Shown in pieces: positions 10,009 to 23,610 of a stretch of DNA of 64,000 bases. The notes under the pieces were generated by a model, which was not told where the DNA came from, searched no databases, and was given only the letters and a program-made list of their open reading frames with translations. Source of the DNA: Centroscyllium fabricii. Taxonomy: Eukaryota. Each line of letters opens with the position of its first letter. Positions within the stretch are counted from its first letter, which is position 1. Both the position numbers and the translations under genes were made by a program. Location of the stretch: the NCBI GenBank assembly GCA_051313645.2, contig JBNRSN020000094.1, positions 2,356,001 through 2,420,000 on the forward strand, in the 5' to 3' direction.

Positions 10009-10930
10009 CGTATTATTGCGGCATTCATACATTTCATTTCGCCGTTTCGCCAACAGCAGTAAACCACCGTGCAGGCAGTTTTGCTCAGTATTTTATCACT
10101 TCTTCACCATTTCCTTCAGTTGTTATTGACAGGCAGATAGGATTTGCAGAATTTCCTCTGCTTCGGGTAATTGGCATGAACCCAGCACCGAGGACGACAA
10201 ACACCGCCACCCAAGCAACTCAATTCACACCGTTCACTCACTCGTCTCCACACTGGCTGCGTCTCAAGTCAGATATGTTGACATTTTTGGTTGTTGCATT
10301 TTTTGCAATCTAGCGACCAGGCTCGAACCTTTGCACAAGACGGAACACCGTTACACAACAGGAAGATGCTTACACAACAGTGAACAACTTTACATGGCAG
10401 GGAACATCTTTAAACAGCGGGGAATCCCTTTACACCGCCGAAAGCACCAAGGTGCAAGTCTCTGTCTTGCTCTCAGTCTCCATTGCCCTGTTTGCCTTTC
10501 TCTCTCCTCTTTTGATGTTGCCTTTCTCTCTCTCTCGCTCTCTGTTTCTCTCGCAGTCTCCTTCTTTCCCGCAGTCTCTCCCTCGTGTTATTCGGGCTTA
10601 GTGTGTGTGTCTCTCTCTGTCTGGTTTCCTCAGTGTCTTTCTCTGTTCCTCCCGTGTTGTGTCCTGCAATACGCTTGCTGTTTTTCGGTGTCTCATCATT
10701 GTGTGTCTCTCCCATGGTGTGTTAGGTGTAATACTGAGTGTCTTTGTGACATTGTGCAGCCATGTGAGCCTGCCAAGCCGGCTGATGTGGTGTCCGGGTC
10801 TCGGGGCTGTTTGAAGGTCGTGCTGTTGCTTTCAACACAGCCTGGATGCTGACAATTGTCTCGCTGACACCCAGCACTGTGACGCATCGCAAGCTAAACA
10901 GCAGCCGGGATGTGTTGGCAATCGACAGAC

Positions 10931-11002
10931 AGCAGAGTGGCGCAGCGGCAGCGTGCTGGGCCCATAACCCAGAGGTCGATGGATCGAAACCATCCTCTGC
11001 TA
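10931..11002 (+). tRNA. trnam-cau: tRNA-iMet(CAT), D-loop A>C variant
   Basis: iMet consensus with one substitution. Confidence 0.93.
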
Positions 11003-11647
11003 TTTGCATTCTTATTTCCAGCAAAGCTAAAAAAAACAGCTGTTGCTGCCCACAATCACATCGCGCTTCATTTTGTCACTCTGGACACATTACTGACACC
11101 AACTTCCTGGTTGAAATACACAACAGGGCAAATGATGAATTTTGCCCTGTCCCTGGGACTAGGGACAGGGCCACTTGCAAGGCTTGGAATCTAAGCAGAG
11201 CCAGGCCTGGTTAGTACTTGGAGGGGTGACCACCAGGCAATACTAGGTGCAGAAGGTCACGAAAGGAGCCCCGGGGAGGGGCGGTTGGCTGAAGATTGTC
11301 GGAATGATGGAAAGATGGAATAGCGGCGTGCACAGATGCAGCGGCTTTGCTGGACTCTTGGGAGCTTGCAAGATCACATTTCGTTGTTCATGTCCTTGTA
11401 CATTGTATAATGACAATAAAGTTGAATTATTATTATTATTATTATGGGTTGTTCCAACACACGTCTATTTATTAGTGTTGCCCTGTGAACACGTCGCTTC
11501 ATCTGATCCAGTGGGTTGCATCAGAAGCGAGTTTGCCCTCCCTCCCCACCCCCCCCCCCCGAATTATAAGTACCTTGCAAAAGACAGAGCAAGCCACATT
11601 TACATCAGCAGCTAGCAATTAAAGAACGGAAGATAGGGCCATCATGT

Positions 11648-11729
11648 GGTAGCGTGGCCGAGCGGTCTAAGGCGCTGGATTAAGGCTCCAGTCTCTTCGG
11701 GGGCGTGGGTTCGAATCCCACCGCTGCCA
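11648..11729 (+). tRNA. trnal-aag: tRNA-Leu(AAG)
   Basis: Consensus Leu-AAG sequence. Confidence 0.97.
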
Positions 11730-12651
11730 CGTATTATTGCGGCATTCATACATTTCATTTCGCCGTTTCACCAACAGCAGTAAACCACCGTGCAGGCAGT
11801 TTTGCTCAGTATTTTATCACTTCTTCACCATTTCCTTCAGTTGTTATTGACAGGCAGATAGGATTTGCAGAATTTCCTCTGCTTCGGGTAATTGGCATGA
11901 ACCCAGCACCGAGGACGACAAACACCGCCACCCAAGCAACTCAATTCACACCGTTCACTCACTCGTCTCCACACTGGCTGCGTCTCAAGTCAGATATGTT
12001 GACATTTTTGGTTGTTGCATTTTTTGCAATCTAGCGACCAGGCTCGAACCTTTGCACAAGACGGAACACCGTTACACAACAGGAAGATGCTTACACAACA
12101 GTGAACAACTTTACATGGCAGGGAACATCTTTAAACAGCGGGGAATCCCTTTACACCGCCGAAAGCACCAAGGTGCAAGTCTCTGTCTTGCTCTCAGTCT
12201 CCATTGCCCTGTTTGCCTTTCTCTCTCCTCTTTTGATGTTGCCTTTCTCTCTCTCTCGCTCTCTGTTTCTCTCGCAGTCTCCTTCTTTCCCGCAGTCTCT
12301 CCCTCGTGTTATTCGGGCTTAGTGTGTGTGTCTCTCTCTGTCTGGTTTCCTCAGTGTCTTTCTCTGTTCCTCCCGTGTTGTGTCCTGCAATACGCTTGCT
12401 GTTTTTCGGTGTCTCATCATTGTGTGTCTCTCCCATGGTGTGTTAGGTGTAATACTGAGTGTCTTTGTGACATTGTGCAGCCATGTGAGCCTGCCAAGCC
12501 GGCTGATGTGGTGTCCGGGTCTCGGGGCTGTTTGAAGGTCGTGCTGTTGCTTTCAACACAGCCTGGATGCTGACAATTGTCTCGCTGACACCCAGCACTG
12601 TGACGCATCGCAAGCTAAACAGCAGCCGGGATGTGTTGGCAATCGACAGAC

Positions 12652-12723
12652 AGCAGAGTGGCGCAGCGGAAGCGTGCTGGGCCCATAACCCAGAGGTCGA
12701 TGGATCGAAACCATCCTCTGCTA
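12652..12723 (+). tRNA. trnam-cau: tRNA-iMet(CAT)
   Basis: Consensus initiator tRNA sequence. Confidence 0.97.
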
Positions 12724-13362
12724 TTTGCATTCTTATTTCCAGCAAAGCTAAAAAAAACAGCTGTTGCTGCCCACAATCACATCGCGCTTCATTTTGTCAC
12801 TCTGGACACATTACTGACACCAACTTCCTGGTTGAAATACACAACAGGGCAAATGATGAATTTTGCCCTGTCCCTGGGACTAGGGACAGGGCCACTTGCA
12901 AGGCTTGGAATCTAAGCAGAGCCAGGCCTGGTTAGTACTTGGAGGGGTGACCACCAGGCAATAGTAGGTGCAGAAGGTCACGAAAGGAGCCCCGGGGAGG
13001 GGCGGTTGGCTGAAGATTGTCGGAATGATGGAAAGATGGAATAGCGGCGTGCACAGATGCAGCGGCTTTGCTGGACTCTTGGGAGCTTGCAAGATCACAT
13101 TTCGTTGTTCATGTACTTGTACATTGTATAATGACAATAAAGTTGAATTATTATTATTATTATTATGGGTTGTTCCAACACACGTCTATTTATTAGTGTT
13201 GCCCTGTGAACACGTCGCTTCATCTGATCCAGTGGGTTGCATCAGAAGCGAGTTTGCCCTCCCTCCCCCCCCCCCGAATTATAAGTACCTTGCAAAAGAC
13301 AGAGCAAGCCACATTTACATCAGCAGCTAGCAATTAAAGAACGGAAGATAGGGCCATCATGT

Positions 13363-13444
13363 GGTAGCGTGGCCGAGCGGTCTAAGGCGCTGGATTAAGG
13401 CTCCAGTCTCTTCGGGGGCGTGGGTTCGAATCCCACCGCTGCCA
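13363..13444 (+). tRNA. trnal-aag: tRNA-Leu(AAG)
   Basis: Consensus Leu-AAG sequence. Confidence 0.97.
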
Positions 13445-14338
13445 CGTATTATGGTGGCATTCATACATTTCATTTCGCCGTTTCACCAACAGCAGTAAAC
13501 CACCGTGCAGGCAGTTTTGCTCAGTATTTTATCACTTCTTCACCATTTCCTTCAGTTGTTATTGACAGGCAGATAGGATTTGCAGAATTTCCTCTGCTTC
13601 GGGTAATTGGCATGAACCCAGCACCGAGGACGACAAACACCGCCACCCAAGCAACTCAATTCACACCGTTCACTCACTCGTCTCCACACTGGCTGCGTCT
13701 CAAGTCAGATATGTTGACATTTTTGGTTGTTGCATTTTTTGCAATCTAGCGACCAGGCTCGAACCTTTGCACAAGACGGAACACCGTTACACAACAGGAA
13801 GATGCTTACACAACAGTGAACAACTTTACATGGCAGGGAACATCGTTAAACAGCGGGGAATCCCTTTACACCGCCGAAAGCACCAAGGTGCAAGTCTCTG
13901 TCTTGCTCTCAGTCTCCATTGCCCTGTTTGCCTTTCTCTCTCTCTCGCTCTCTGTTTCTCTCGCAGTCTCCTTCTTTCCCGCAGTCTCTCCCTCGTGTTA
14001 TTCGGGCTTAGTGTGTGTCTCTCTCTGTCTGGTTTCCTCAGTGTCTTTCTCTGTTCCTCCCGTGTTGTGTCCTGCAATACGCTTGCTGTTTTTCGGTGTC
14101 TCATCATTGTGTGTCTCTCCCATGGTGTGTTAGGTGTAATACTGAGTGTCTTTGTGACATTGTGCAGCCATGTGAGCCTGCCAAGCCGGCTGATGTGGTG
14201 TCCGGGTCTCGGGGCTGTTTGAAGGTCGTGCTGTTGCTTTCAACACAGCCTGGATGCTGACAATTGTCTCGCTGACACCCAGCACTGTGACGCATCGCAA
14301 GCTAAACAGCAGCCGGGATGTGTTGGCAATCGACAGAC

Positions 14339-14410
14339 AGCAGAGTGGCGCAGCGGAAGCGTGCTGGGCCCATAACCCAGAGGTCGATGGATCGAAACCA
14401 TCCTCTGCTA
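14339..14410 (+). tRNA. trnam-cau: tRNA-iMet(CAT)
   Basis: Consensus initiator tRNA sequence. Confidence 0.97.
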
Positions 14411-15050
14411 TTTGCATTCTTATTTCCAGCAAAGCTAAAAAAAACAGCTGTTGCTGCCCACAATCACATCGCGCTTCATTTTGTCACTCTGGACACATTA
14501 CTGACACCAACTTCCTGGTTGAAATACACAACAGGGCAAATGATGAATTTTGCCCTGTCCCTGGGACTAGGGACAGGGCCACTTGCAAGGCTTGGAATCT
14601 AAGCAGAGCCAGGCCTGGTTAGTACTTGGAGGGGTGACCACCAGGCAATACTAGGTGCAGAAGGTCACGAAAGGAGCCCCGGGGAGGGGCGGTTGGCTGA
14701 AGATTGTCGGAATGATGGAAAGATGGAATAGCGGCGTGCACAGATGCAGCGGCTTTGCTGGACTCTTGGGAGCTTGCAAGATCACATTTCGTTGTTCATG
14801 TACTTGTACATTGTATAATGACAATAAAGTTGAATTATTATTATTACTATTATGGGTTGTTCCAACACACGTCTATTTATTAGTGTTGCCCTGTGAACAC
14901 GTCGCTTCATCTGATCCAGTGGGTTGCATCAGAAGCGAGTTTGCCCTCCCTCCCCACCCCCCCGAATTATAAGTACCTTGCAAAAGACAGAGCAAGCCAC
15001 ATTTACATCAGCAGCTAGCAATTAAAGAACGGAAGATAGGGCCATCATGT

Positions 15051-15132
15051 GGTAGCGTGGCCGAGCGGTCTAAGGCGCTGGATTAAGGCTCCAGTCTCTT
15101 CGGGGGCGTGGATTCGAATCCCACAGCTGCCA
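15051..15132 (+). tRNA. trnal-aag: tRNA-Leu(AAG), G53A and C66A; B box damaged, possibly a pseudogene
   Basis: GTGGATTCGAATCCCACAGC. Confidence 0.78.
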
Positions 15133-16028
15133 CGTATTATTGCGGCATTCATACATTTCATTTCGCCGTTTCGCCAACAGCAGTAAACCACCGTGCAGGC
15201 AGTTTTGCTCAGTATTTTATCACTTCTTCACCATTTCCTTCAGTTGTTATTGACAGGCAGATAGGATTTGCAGAATTTCCTCTGCTTCGGGTAATTGGCA
15301 TGAACCCAGCACCGAGGACGACAAACACCGCCACCCAAGCAACTCAATTCACACCGTTCACTCACTCGTCTCCACACTGGCTGCGTCTCAAGTCAGATAT
15401 GTTGACATTTTTGGTTGTTGCATTTTTTGCAATCTAGCGACCAGGCTCGAACCTTTGCACAAGACGGAACACCGTTACACAACAGGAAGATGCTTACACA
15501 ACAGTGAACAACTTTACATGGCAGGGAACATCTTTAAACAGCGGGGAATCCCTTTACACCGCCGAAAGCACCAAGGTGCAAGTCTCTGTCTTGCTCTCAG
15601 TCTCCATTGCCCTGTTTGCCTTTCTCTCTCTCTCGCTCTCTGTTTCTCTCGCAGTCTCCTTCTTTCCCGCAGTCTCTCCCTCGTGTTATTCGGGCTTAGT
15701 GTGTGTGTCTCTCTCTGTCTGGTTTCCTCAGTGTCTTTCTCTGTTCCTCCCGTGTTGTGTCCTGCAATACGCTTGCTGTTTTTCGGTGTCTCATCATTGT
15801 GTGTCTCTCCCATGGTGTGTTAGGTGTAATACTGAGTGTCTTTGTGACATTGTGCAGCCATGTGAGCCTGCCAAGCCGGCTGATGTGGTGTCCGGGTCTC
15901 GGGGCTGTTTGAAGGTCGTGCTGTTGCTTTCAACACAGCCTGGATGCTGACAATTGTCTCGCTGACACCCAGCACTGTGACGCATCGCAAGCTAAACAGC
16001 AGCCGGGATGTGTTGGCAATCGACAGAC

Positions 16029-16100
16029 AGCAGAGTGGCGCAGCGGAAGCGTGCTGGGCCCATAACCCAGAGGTCGATGGATCGAAACCATCCTCTGCTA
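16029..16100 (+). tRNA. trnam-cau: tRNA-iMet(CAT)
   Basis: Consensus initiator tRNA sequence. Confidence 0.97.
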
Positions 16101-16744
16101 TTTGCATTCTTATTTCCAGCAAAGCTAAAAAAAACAGCTGTTGCTGCCCACAATCACATCGCGCTTCATTTTGTCACTCTGGACACATTACTGACACCAA
16201 CTTCCTGGTTGAAATACACAACAGGGCAAATGATGAATTTTGCCCTGTCCCTGGGACTAGGGACAGGGCCACTTGCAAGGCTTGGAATCTAAGCAGAGCC
16301 AGGCCTGGTTAGTACTTGGAGGGGTGACCACCAGGCAATACTAGGTGCAGAAGGTCACGAAAGGAGCCCCGGGGAGGGGCGGTTGGCTGAAGATTGTCGG
16401 AATGATGGAAAGATGGAATAGCGGCGTGCACAGATGCAGCGGCTTTGCTGGACTCTTGGGAGCTTGCAAGATCACATTTCGTTGTTCATGTCCTTGTACA
16501 TTGTATAATGACAATAAAGTTGAATTATTATTATTATTATTATGGGTTGTTCCAACACACGTCTATTTATTAGTGTTGCCCTGTGAACACGTCGCTTCAT
16601 CTGATCCAGTGGGTTGCATCAGAAGCGAGTTTGCCCTCCCTCCCCACCCCCCCCCCCGAATTATAAGTACCTTGCAAAAGACAGAGCAAGCCACATTTAC
16701 ATCAGCAGCTAGCAATTAAAGAACGGAAGATAGGGCCATCATGT

Positions 16745-16826
16745 GGTAGCGTGGCCGAGCGGTCTAAGGCGCTGGATTAAGGCTCCAGTCTCTTCGGGGG
16801 CGTGGGTTCGAATCCCACCGCTGCCA
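16745..16826 (+). tRNA. trnal-aag: tRNA-Leu(AAG)
   Basis: Consensus Leu-AAG sequence. Confidence 0.97.
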
Positions 16827-17722
16827 CGTATTATTGCGGCATTCATACATTTCATTTCGCCGTTTCACCAACAGCAGTAAACCACCGTGCAGGCAGTTTT
16901 GCTCAGTATTTTATCACTTCTTCACCATTTCCTTCAGTTGTTATTGACAGGCAGATAGGATTTGCAGAATTTCCTCTGCTTCGGGTAATTGGCATGAACC
17001 CAGCACCGAGGACGACAAACACCGCCACCCAAGCAACTCAATTCACACCGTTCACTCACTCGTCTCCACACTGGCTGCGTCTCAAGTCAGATATGTTGAC
17101 ATTTTTGGTTGTTGCATTTTTTGCAATCTAGCGACCAGGCTCGAACCTTTGCACAAGACGGAACACCGTTACACAACAGGAAGATGCTTACACAACAGTG
17201 AACAACTTTACATGGCAGGGAACATCTTTAAACAGCGGGGAATCCCTTTACACCGCCGAAAGCACCAAGGTGCAAGTCTCTGTCTTGCTCTCAGTCTCCA
17301 TTGCCCTGTTTGCCTTTCTCTCTCTCTCGCTCTCTGTTTCTCTCGCAGTCTCCTTCTTTCCCGCAGTCTCTCCCTCGTGTTATTCGGGCTTAGTGTGTGT
17401 GTCTCTCTCTGTCTGGTTTCCTCAGTGTCTTTCTCTGTTCCTCCCGTGTTGTGTCCTGCAATACGCTTGCTGTTTTTCGGTGTCTCATCATTGTGTGTCT
17501 CTCCCATGGTGTGTTAGGTGTAATACTGAGTGTCTTTGTGACATTGTGCAGCCATGTGAGCCTGCCAAGCCGGCTGATGTGGTGTCCGGGTCTCGGGGCT
17601 GTTTGAAGGTCGTGCTGTTGCTTTCAACACAGCCTGGATGCTGACAATTGTCTCGCTGACACCCAGCACTGTGACGCATCGCAAGCTAAACAGCAGCCGG
17701 GATGTGTTGGCAATCGACAGAC

Positions 17723-17794
17723 AGCAGAGTGGCGCAGCGGAAGCGTGCTGGGCCCATAACCCAGAGGTCGATGGATCGAAACCATCCTCTGCTA
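17723..17794 (+). tRNA. trnam-cau: tRNA-iMet(CAT)
   Basis: Consensus initiator tRNA sequence. Confidence 0.97.
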
Positions 17795-18434
17795 TTTGCA
17801 TTCTTATTTCCAGCAAAGCTAAAAAAAACAGCTGTTGCTGCCCACAATCACATCGCGCTTCATTTTGTCACTCTGGACACATTACTGACACCAACTTCCT
17901 GGTTGAAATACACAACAGGGCAAATGATGAATTTTGCCCTGTCCCTGGGACTAGGGACAGGGCCACTTGCAAGGCTTGGAATCTAAGCAGAGCCAGGCCT
18001 GGTTAGTACTTGGAGGGGTGACCACCAGGCAATACTAGGTGCAGAAGGTCACGAAAGGAGCCCCGGGGAGGGGCGGTTGGCTGAAGATTGTCGGAATGAT
18101 GGAAAGATGGAATAGCGGCGTGCACAGATGCAGCGGCTTTGCTGGACTCTTGGGAGCTTGCAAGATCACATTTCGTTGTTCATGTACTTGTACATTGTAT
18201 AATGACAATAAAGTTGAATTATTATTATTATTATTATGGGTTGTTCCAACACACGTCTATTTATTAGTGTTGCCCTGTGAACACGTCGCTTCATCTGATC
18301 CAGTGGGTTGCATCAGAAGCGAGTTTGCCCTCCCTCCCCACCCCCCCGAATTATAAGTACCTTGCAAAAGACAGAGCAAGCCACATTTACATCAGCAGCT
18401 AGCAATTAAAGAACGGAAGATAGGGCCATCATGT

Positions 18435-18516
18435 GGTAGCGTGGCCGAGCGGTCTAAGGTGCTGGATTAAGGCTCCAGTCTCTTCGGGGGCGTGGGTTCG
18501 AATCCCACCGCTGCCA
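18435..18516 (+). tRNA. trnal-aag: tRNA-Leu(AAG), C25T variant
   Basis: AAGGTGCTGG; D-stem wobble. Confidence 0.93.
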
Positions 18517-19412
18517 CGTATTATTGCGGCATTCATACATTTCATTTCGCCGTTTCGCCAACAGCAGTAAACCACCGTGCAGGCAGTTTTGCTCAGTATT
18601 TTATCACTTCTTCACCATTTCCTTCAGTTGTTATTGACAGGCAGATAGGATTTGCAGAATTTCCTCTGCTTCGGGTAATTGGCATGAACCCAGCACCGAG
18701 GACGACAAACACCGCCACCCAAGCAACTCAATTCACACCGTTCACTCACTCGTCTCCACACTGGCTGCGTCTCAAGTCAGATATGTTGACATTTTTGGTT
18801 GTTGCATTTTTTGCAATCTAGCGACCAGGCTCGAACCTTTGCACAAGACGGAACACCGTTACACAACAGGAAGATGCTTACACAACAGTGAACAACTTTA
18901 CATGGCAGGGAACATCTTTAAACAGCGGGGAATCCCTTTACACCGCCGAAAGCACCAAGGTGCAAGTCTCTGTCTTGCTCTCAGTCTCCATTGCCCTGTT
19001 TGCCTTTCTCTCTCTCTCGCTCTCTGTTTCTCTCGCAGTCTCCTTCTTTCCCGCAGTCTCTCCCTCGTGTTATTCGGGCTTAGTGTGTGTGTCTCTCTCT
19101 GTTTGGTTTCCTCAGTGTCTTTCTCTGTTCCTCCCGTGTTGTGTCCTGCAATACGCTTGCTGTTTTTCGGTGTCTCATCATTGTGTGTCTCTCCCATGGT
19201 GTGTTAGGTGTAATACTGAGTGTCTTTGTGACATTGTGCAGCCATGTGAGCCTGCCAAGCCGGCTGATGTGGTGTCCGGGTCTCGGGGCTGTTTGAAGGT
19301 CGTGCTGTTGCTTTCAACACAGCCTGGATGCTGACAATTGTCTCGCTGACACCCAGCACTGTGACGCATCGCAAGCTAAACAGCAGCCGGGATGTGTTGG
19401 CAATCGACAGAC

Positions 19413-19484
19413 AGCAGAGTGGCGCAGCGGAAGCGTGCTGGGCCCATAACCCAGAGGTCGATGGATCGAAACCATCCTCTGCTA
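19413..19484 (+). tRNA. trnam-cau: tRNA-iMet(CAT)
   Basis: Consensus initiator tRNA sequence. Confidence 0.97.
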
Positions 19485-20114
19485 TTTGCATTCTTATTTC
19501 CAGCAAAGCTAAAAAAAACAGCTGTTGCTGCCCACAATCACATCGCGCTTCATTTTGTCACTCTGGACACATTACTGACACCAACTTCCTGGTTGAAATA
19601 CACAACAGGGCAAATGATGAATTTTGCCCTGTCCCTGGGACTAGGGACAGGGCCACTTGCAAGGCTTGGAATCTAAGCAGAGCCAGGCCTGGTTAGTGCT
19701 TGGAGGGGTGACCACCAGGCAATACTAGGTGCAGAAGGTCACGAAAGGAGGGGCGGTTGGCTGAAGATTGTCGGAATGATGGAAAGATGGAATAGCGGCG
19801 TGCACAGATGCAGCGGCTTTGCTGGACTCTTGGGAGCTTGCAAGATCACATTTCGTTGTTCATGTACTTGTACATTGTATAATGACAATAAAGTTGAATT
19901 ATTATTATTATTATTATGGGTTGTTCCAACACACGTCTATTTATTAGTGTTGCCCTGTGAACACGTCGCTTCATCTGATCCAGTGGGTTGCATCAGAAGC
20001 GAGTTTGCCCTCCCTCCCCACCCCCCCGAATTATAAGTACCTTGCAAAAGACAGAGCAAGCCACATTTACATCAGCAGCTAGCAATTAAAGAACGGAAGA
20101 TAGGGCCATCATGT

Positions 20115-20196
20115 GGTAGCGTGGCCGAGCGGTCTAAGGCGCTGGATTAAGGCTCCAGTCTCTTCGGGGGTGTGGGTTCGAATCCCACCGCTGCCA
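20115..20196 (+). tRNA. trnal-aag: tRNA-Leu(AAG), C48T variant
   Basis: Leu-AAG consensus with one substitution. Confidence 0.92.
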
Positions 20197-21092
20197 CGTA
20201 TTATTGCGGCATTCATACATTTCATTTCGCCGTTTCACCAACAGCAGTAAACCACCGTGCAGGCAGTTTTGCTCAGTATTTTATCACTTCTTCACCATTT
20301 CCTTCAGTTGTTATTGACAGGCAGATAGGATTTGCAGAATTTCCTCTGCTTCGGGTAATTGGCATGAACCCAGCACCGAGGACGACAAACACCGCCACCC
20401 AAGCAACTCAATTCACACCGTTCACTCACTCGTCTCCACACTGGCTGCGTCTCAAGTCAGATATGTTGACATTTTTGGTTGTTGCATTTTTTGCAATCTA
20501 GCGACCAGGCTCGAACCTTTGCACAAGACGGAACACCGTTACACAACAGGAAGATGCTTACACAACAGTGAACAACTTTACATGGCAGGGAACATCGTTA
20601 AACAGCGGGGAATCCCTTTACACCGCCGAAAGCACCAAGGTGCAAGTCTCTGTCTTGCTCTCAGTCTCCATTGCCCTGTTTGCCTTTCTCTCTCTCTCGC
20701 TCTCTGTTTCTCTCGCAGTCTCCTTCTTTCCCGCAGTCTCTCCCTCGTGTTATTCGGGCTTAGTGTGTGTGTCTCTCTCTGTCTGGTTTCCTCAGTGTCT
20801 TTCTCTGTTCCTCCCGTGTTGTGTCCTGCAATACGCTTGCTGTTTTTCGGTGTCTCATCATTGTGTGTCTCTCCCATGGTGTGTTAGGTGTAATACTGAG
20901 TGTCTTTGTGACATTGTGCAGCCATGTGAGCCTGCCAAGCCGGCTGATGTGGTGTCCGGGTCTCGGGGCTGTTTGAAGGTCGTGCTGTTGCTTTCAACAC
21001 AGCCTGGATGCTGACAATTGTCTCGCTGACACCCAGCACTGTGACGCATCGCAAGCTAAACAGCAGCCGGGATGTGTTGGCAATCGACAGAC

Positions 21093-21164
21093 AGCAGAGT
21101 GGCGCAGCGGCAGCGTGCTGGGCCCATAACCCAGAGGTCGATGGATCGAAACCATCCTCTGCTA
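21093..21164 (+). tRNA. trnam-cau: tRNA-iMet(CAT), D-loop A>C variant
   Basis: iMet consensus with one substitution. Confidence 0.93.
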
Positions 21165-21812
21165 TTTGCATTCTTATTTCCAGCAAAGCTAAAAAAAACA
21201 GCTGTTGCTGCCCACAATCACATCGCGCTTCATTTTGTCACTCTGGACACATTACTGACACCAACTTCCTGGTTGAAATACACAACAGGGCAAATGATGA
21301 ATTTTGCCCTGTCCCTGGGACTAGGGACAGGGCCACTTGCAAGGCTTGGAATCTAAGCAGAGCCAGGCCTGGTTAGTACTTGGAGGGGTGACCACCAGGC
21401 AATACTAGGTGCAGAAGGTCACGAAAGGAGCCCCGGGGAGGGGCGGTTGGCTGAAGATTGTCGGAATGATGGAAAGATGGAATAGCGGCGTGCACAGATG
21501 CAGCGGCTTTGCTGGACTCTTGGGAGCTTGCAAGATCACATTTCGTTGTTCATGTCCTTGTACATTGTATAATGACAATAAAGTTGAATTATTATTATTA
21601 TTATTATGGGTTGTTCCAACACACGTCTATTTATTAGTGTTGCCCTGTGAACACGTCGCTTCATCTGATCCAGTGGGTTGCATCAGAAGCGAGTTTGCCC
21701 TCCCTCCCCACCCCCCCCCCCCCCCGAATTATAAGTACCTTGCAAAAGACAGAGCAAGCCACATTTACATCAGCAGCTAGCAATTAAAGAACGGAAGATA
21801 GGGCCATCATGT

Positions 21813-21894
21813 GGTAGCGTGGCCGAGCGGTCTAAGGCGCTGGATTAAGGCTCCAGTCTCTTCGGGGGCGTGGGTTCGAATCCCACCGCTGCCA
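21813..21894 (+). tRNA. trnal-aag: tRNA-Leu(AAG)
   Basis: Consensus Leu-AAG sequence. Confidence 0.97.
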
Positions 21895-22816
21895 CGTATT
21901 ATTGCGGCATTCATACATTTCATTTCGCCGTTTCACCAACAGCAGTAAACCACCGTGCAGGCAGTTTTGCTCAGTATTTTATCACTTCTTCACCATTTCC
22001 TTCAGTTGTTATTGACAGGCAGATAGGATTTGCAGAATTTCCTCTGCTTCGGGTAATTGGCATGAACCCAGCACCGAGGACGACAAACACCGCCACCCAA
22101 GCAACTCAATTCACACCGTTCACTCACTCGTCTCCACACTGGCTGCGTCTCAAGTCAGATATGTTGACATTTTTGGTTGTTGCATTTTTTGCAATCTAGC
22201 GACCAGGCTCGAACCTTTGCACAAGACGGAACACCGTTACACAACAGGAAGATGCTTACACAACAGTGAACAACTTTACATGGCAGGGAACATCTTTAAA
22301 CAGCGGGGAATCCCTTTACACCGCCGAAAGCACCAAGGTGCAAGTCTCTGTCTTGCTCTCAGTCTCCATTGCCCTGTTTGCCTTTCTCTCTCCTCTTTTG
22401 ATGTTGCCTTTCTCTCTCTCTCGCTCTCTGTTTCTCTCGCAGTCTCCTTCTTTCCCGCAGTCTCTCCCTCGTGTTATTCGGGCTTAGTGTGTGTGTCTCT
22501 CTCTGTCTGGTTTCCTCAGTGTCTTTCTCTGTTCCTCCCGTGTTGTGTCCTGCAATACGCTTGCTGTTTTTCGGTGTCTCATCATTGTGTGTCTCTCCCA
22601 TGGTGTGTTAGGTGTAATACTGAGTGTCTTTGTGACATTGTGCAGCCATGTGAGCCTGCCAAGCCGGCTGATGTGGTGTCCGGGTCTCGGGGCTGTTTGA
22701 AGGTCGTGCTGTTGCTTTCAACACAGCCTGGATGCTGACAATTGTCTCGCTGACACCCAGCACTGTGACGCATCGCAAGCTAAACAGCAGCCGGGATGTG
22801 TTGGCAATCGACAGAC

Positions 22817-22888
22817 AGCAGAGTGGCGCAGCGGAAGCTTGCTGGGCCCATAACCCAGAGGTCGATGGATCGAAACCATCCTCTGCTA
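22817..22888 (+). tRNA. trnam-cau: tRNA-iMet(CAT), G24T D-stem variant
   Basis: GGAAGCTTGCTGGG. Confidence 0.88.
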
Positions 22889-23528
22889 TTTGCATTCTTA
22901 TTTCCAGCAAAGCTAAAAAAAACAGCTGTTGCTGCCCACAATCACATCGCGCTTCATTTTGTCACTCTGGACACATTACTGACACCAACTTCCTGGTTGA
23001 AATACACAACAGGGCAAATGATGAATTTTGCCCTGTCCCTGGGACTAGGGACAGGGCCACTTGCAAGGCTTGGAATCTAAGCAGAGCCAGGCCTGGTTAG
23101 TACTTGGAGGGGTGACCACCAGGCAATAGTAGGTGCAGAAGGTCACGAAAGGAGCCCCGGGGAGGGGCGGTTGGCTGAAGATTGTCGGAATGATGGAAAG
23201 ATGGAATAGCGGCGTGCACAGATGCAGCGGCTTTGCTGGACTCTTGGGAGCTTGCAAGATCACATTTCGTTGTTCATGTACTTGTACATTGTATAATGAC
23301 AATAAAGTTGAATTATTATTATTATTATTATGGGTTGTTCCAACACACGTCTATTTATTAGTGTTGCCCTGTGAACACGTCGCTTCATCTGATCCAGTGG
23401 GTTGCATCAGAAGCGAGTTTGCCCTCCCTCCCCACCCCCCCGAATTATAAGTACCTTGCAAAAGACAGAGCAAGCCACATTTACATCAGCAGCTAGCAAT
23501 TAAAGAACGGAAGATAGGGCCATCATGT

Positions 23529-23610
23529 GGTAGCGTGGCCGAGCGGTCTAAGGCGCTGGATTAAGGCTCCAGTCTCTTCGGGGGCGTGGGTTCGAATCCC
23601 ACAGCTGCCA
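23529..23610 (+). tRNA. trnal-aag: tRNA-Leu(AAG), C66A variant
   Basis: Leu-AAG consensus with acceptor-stem mismatch. Confidence 0.9.
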
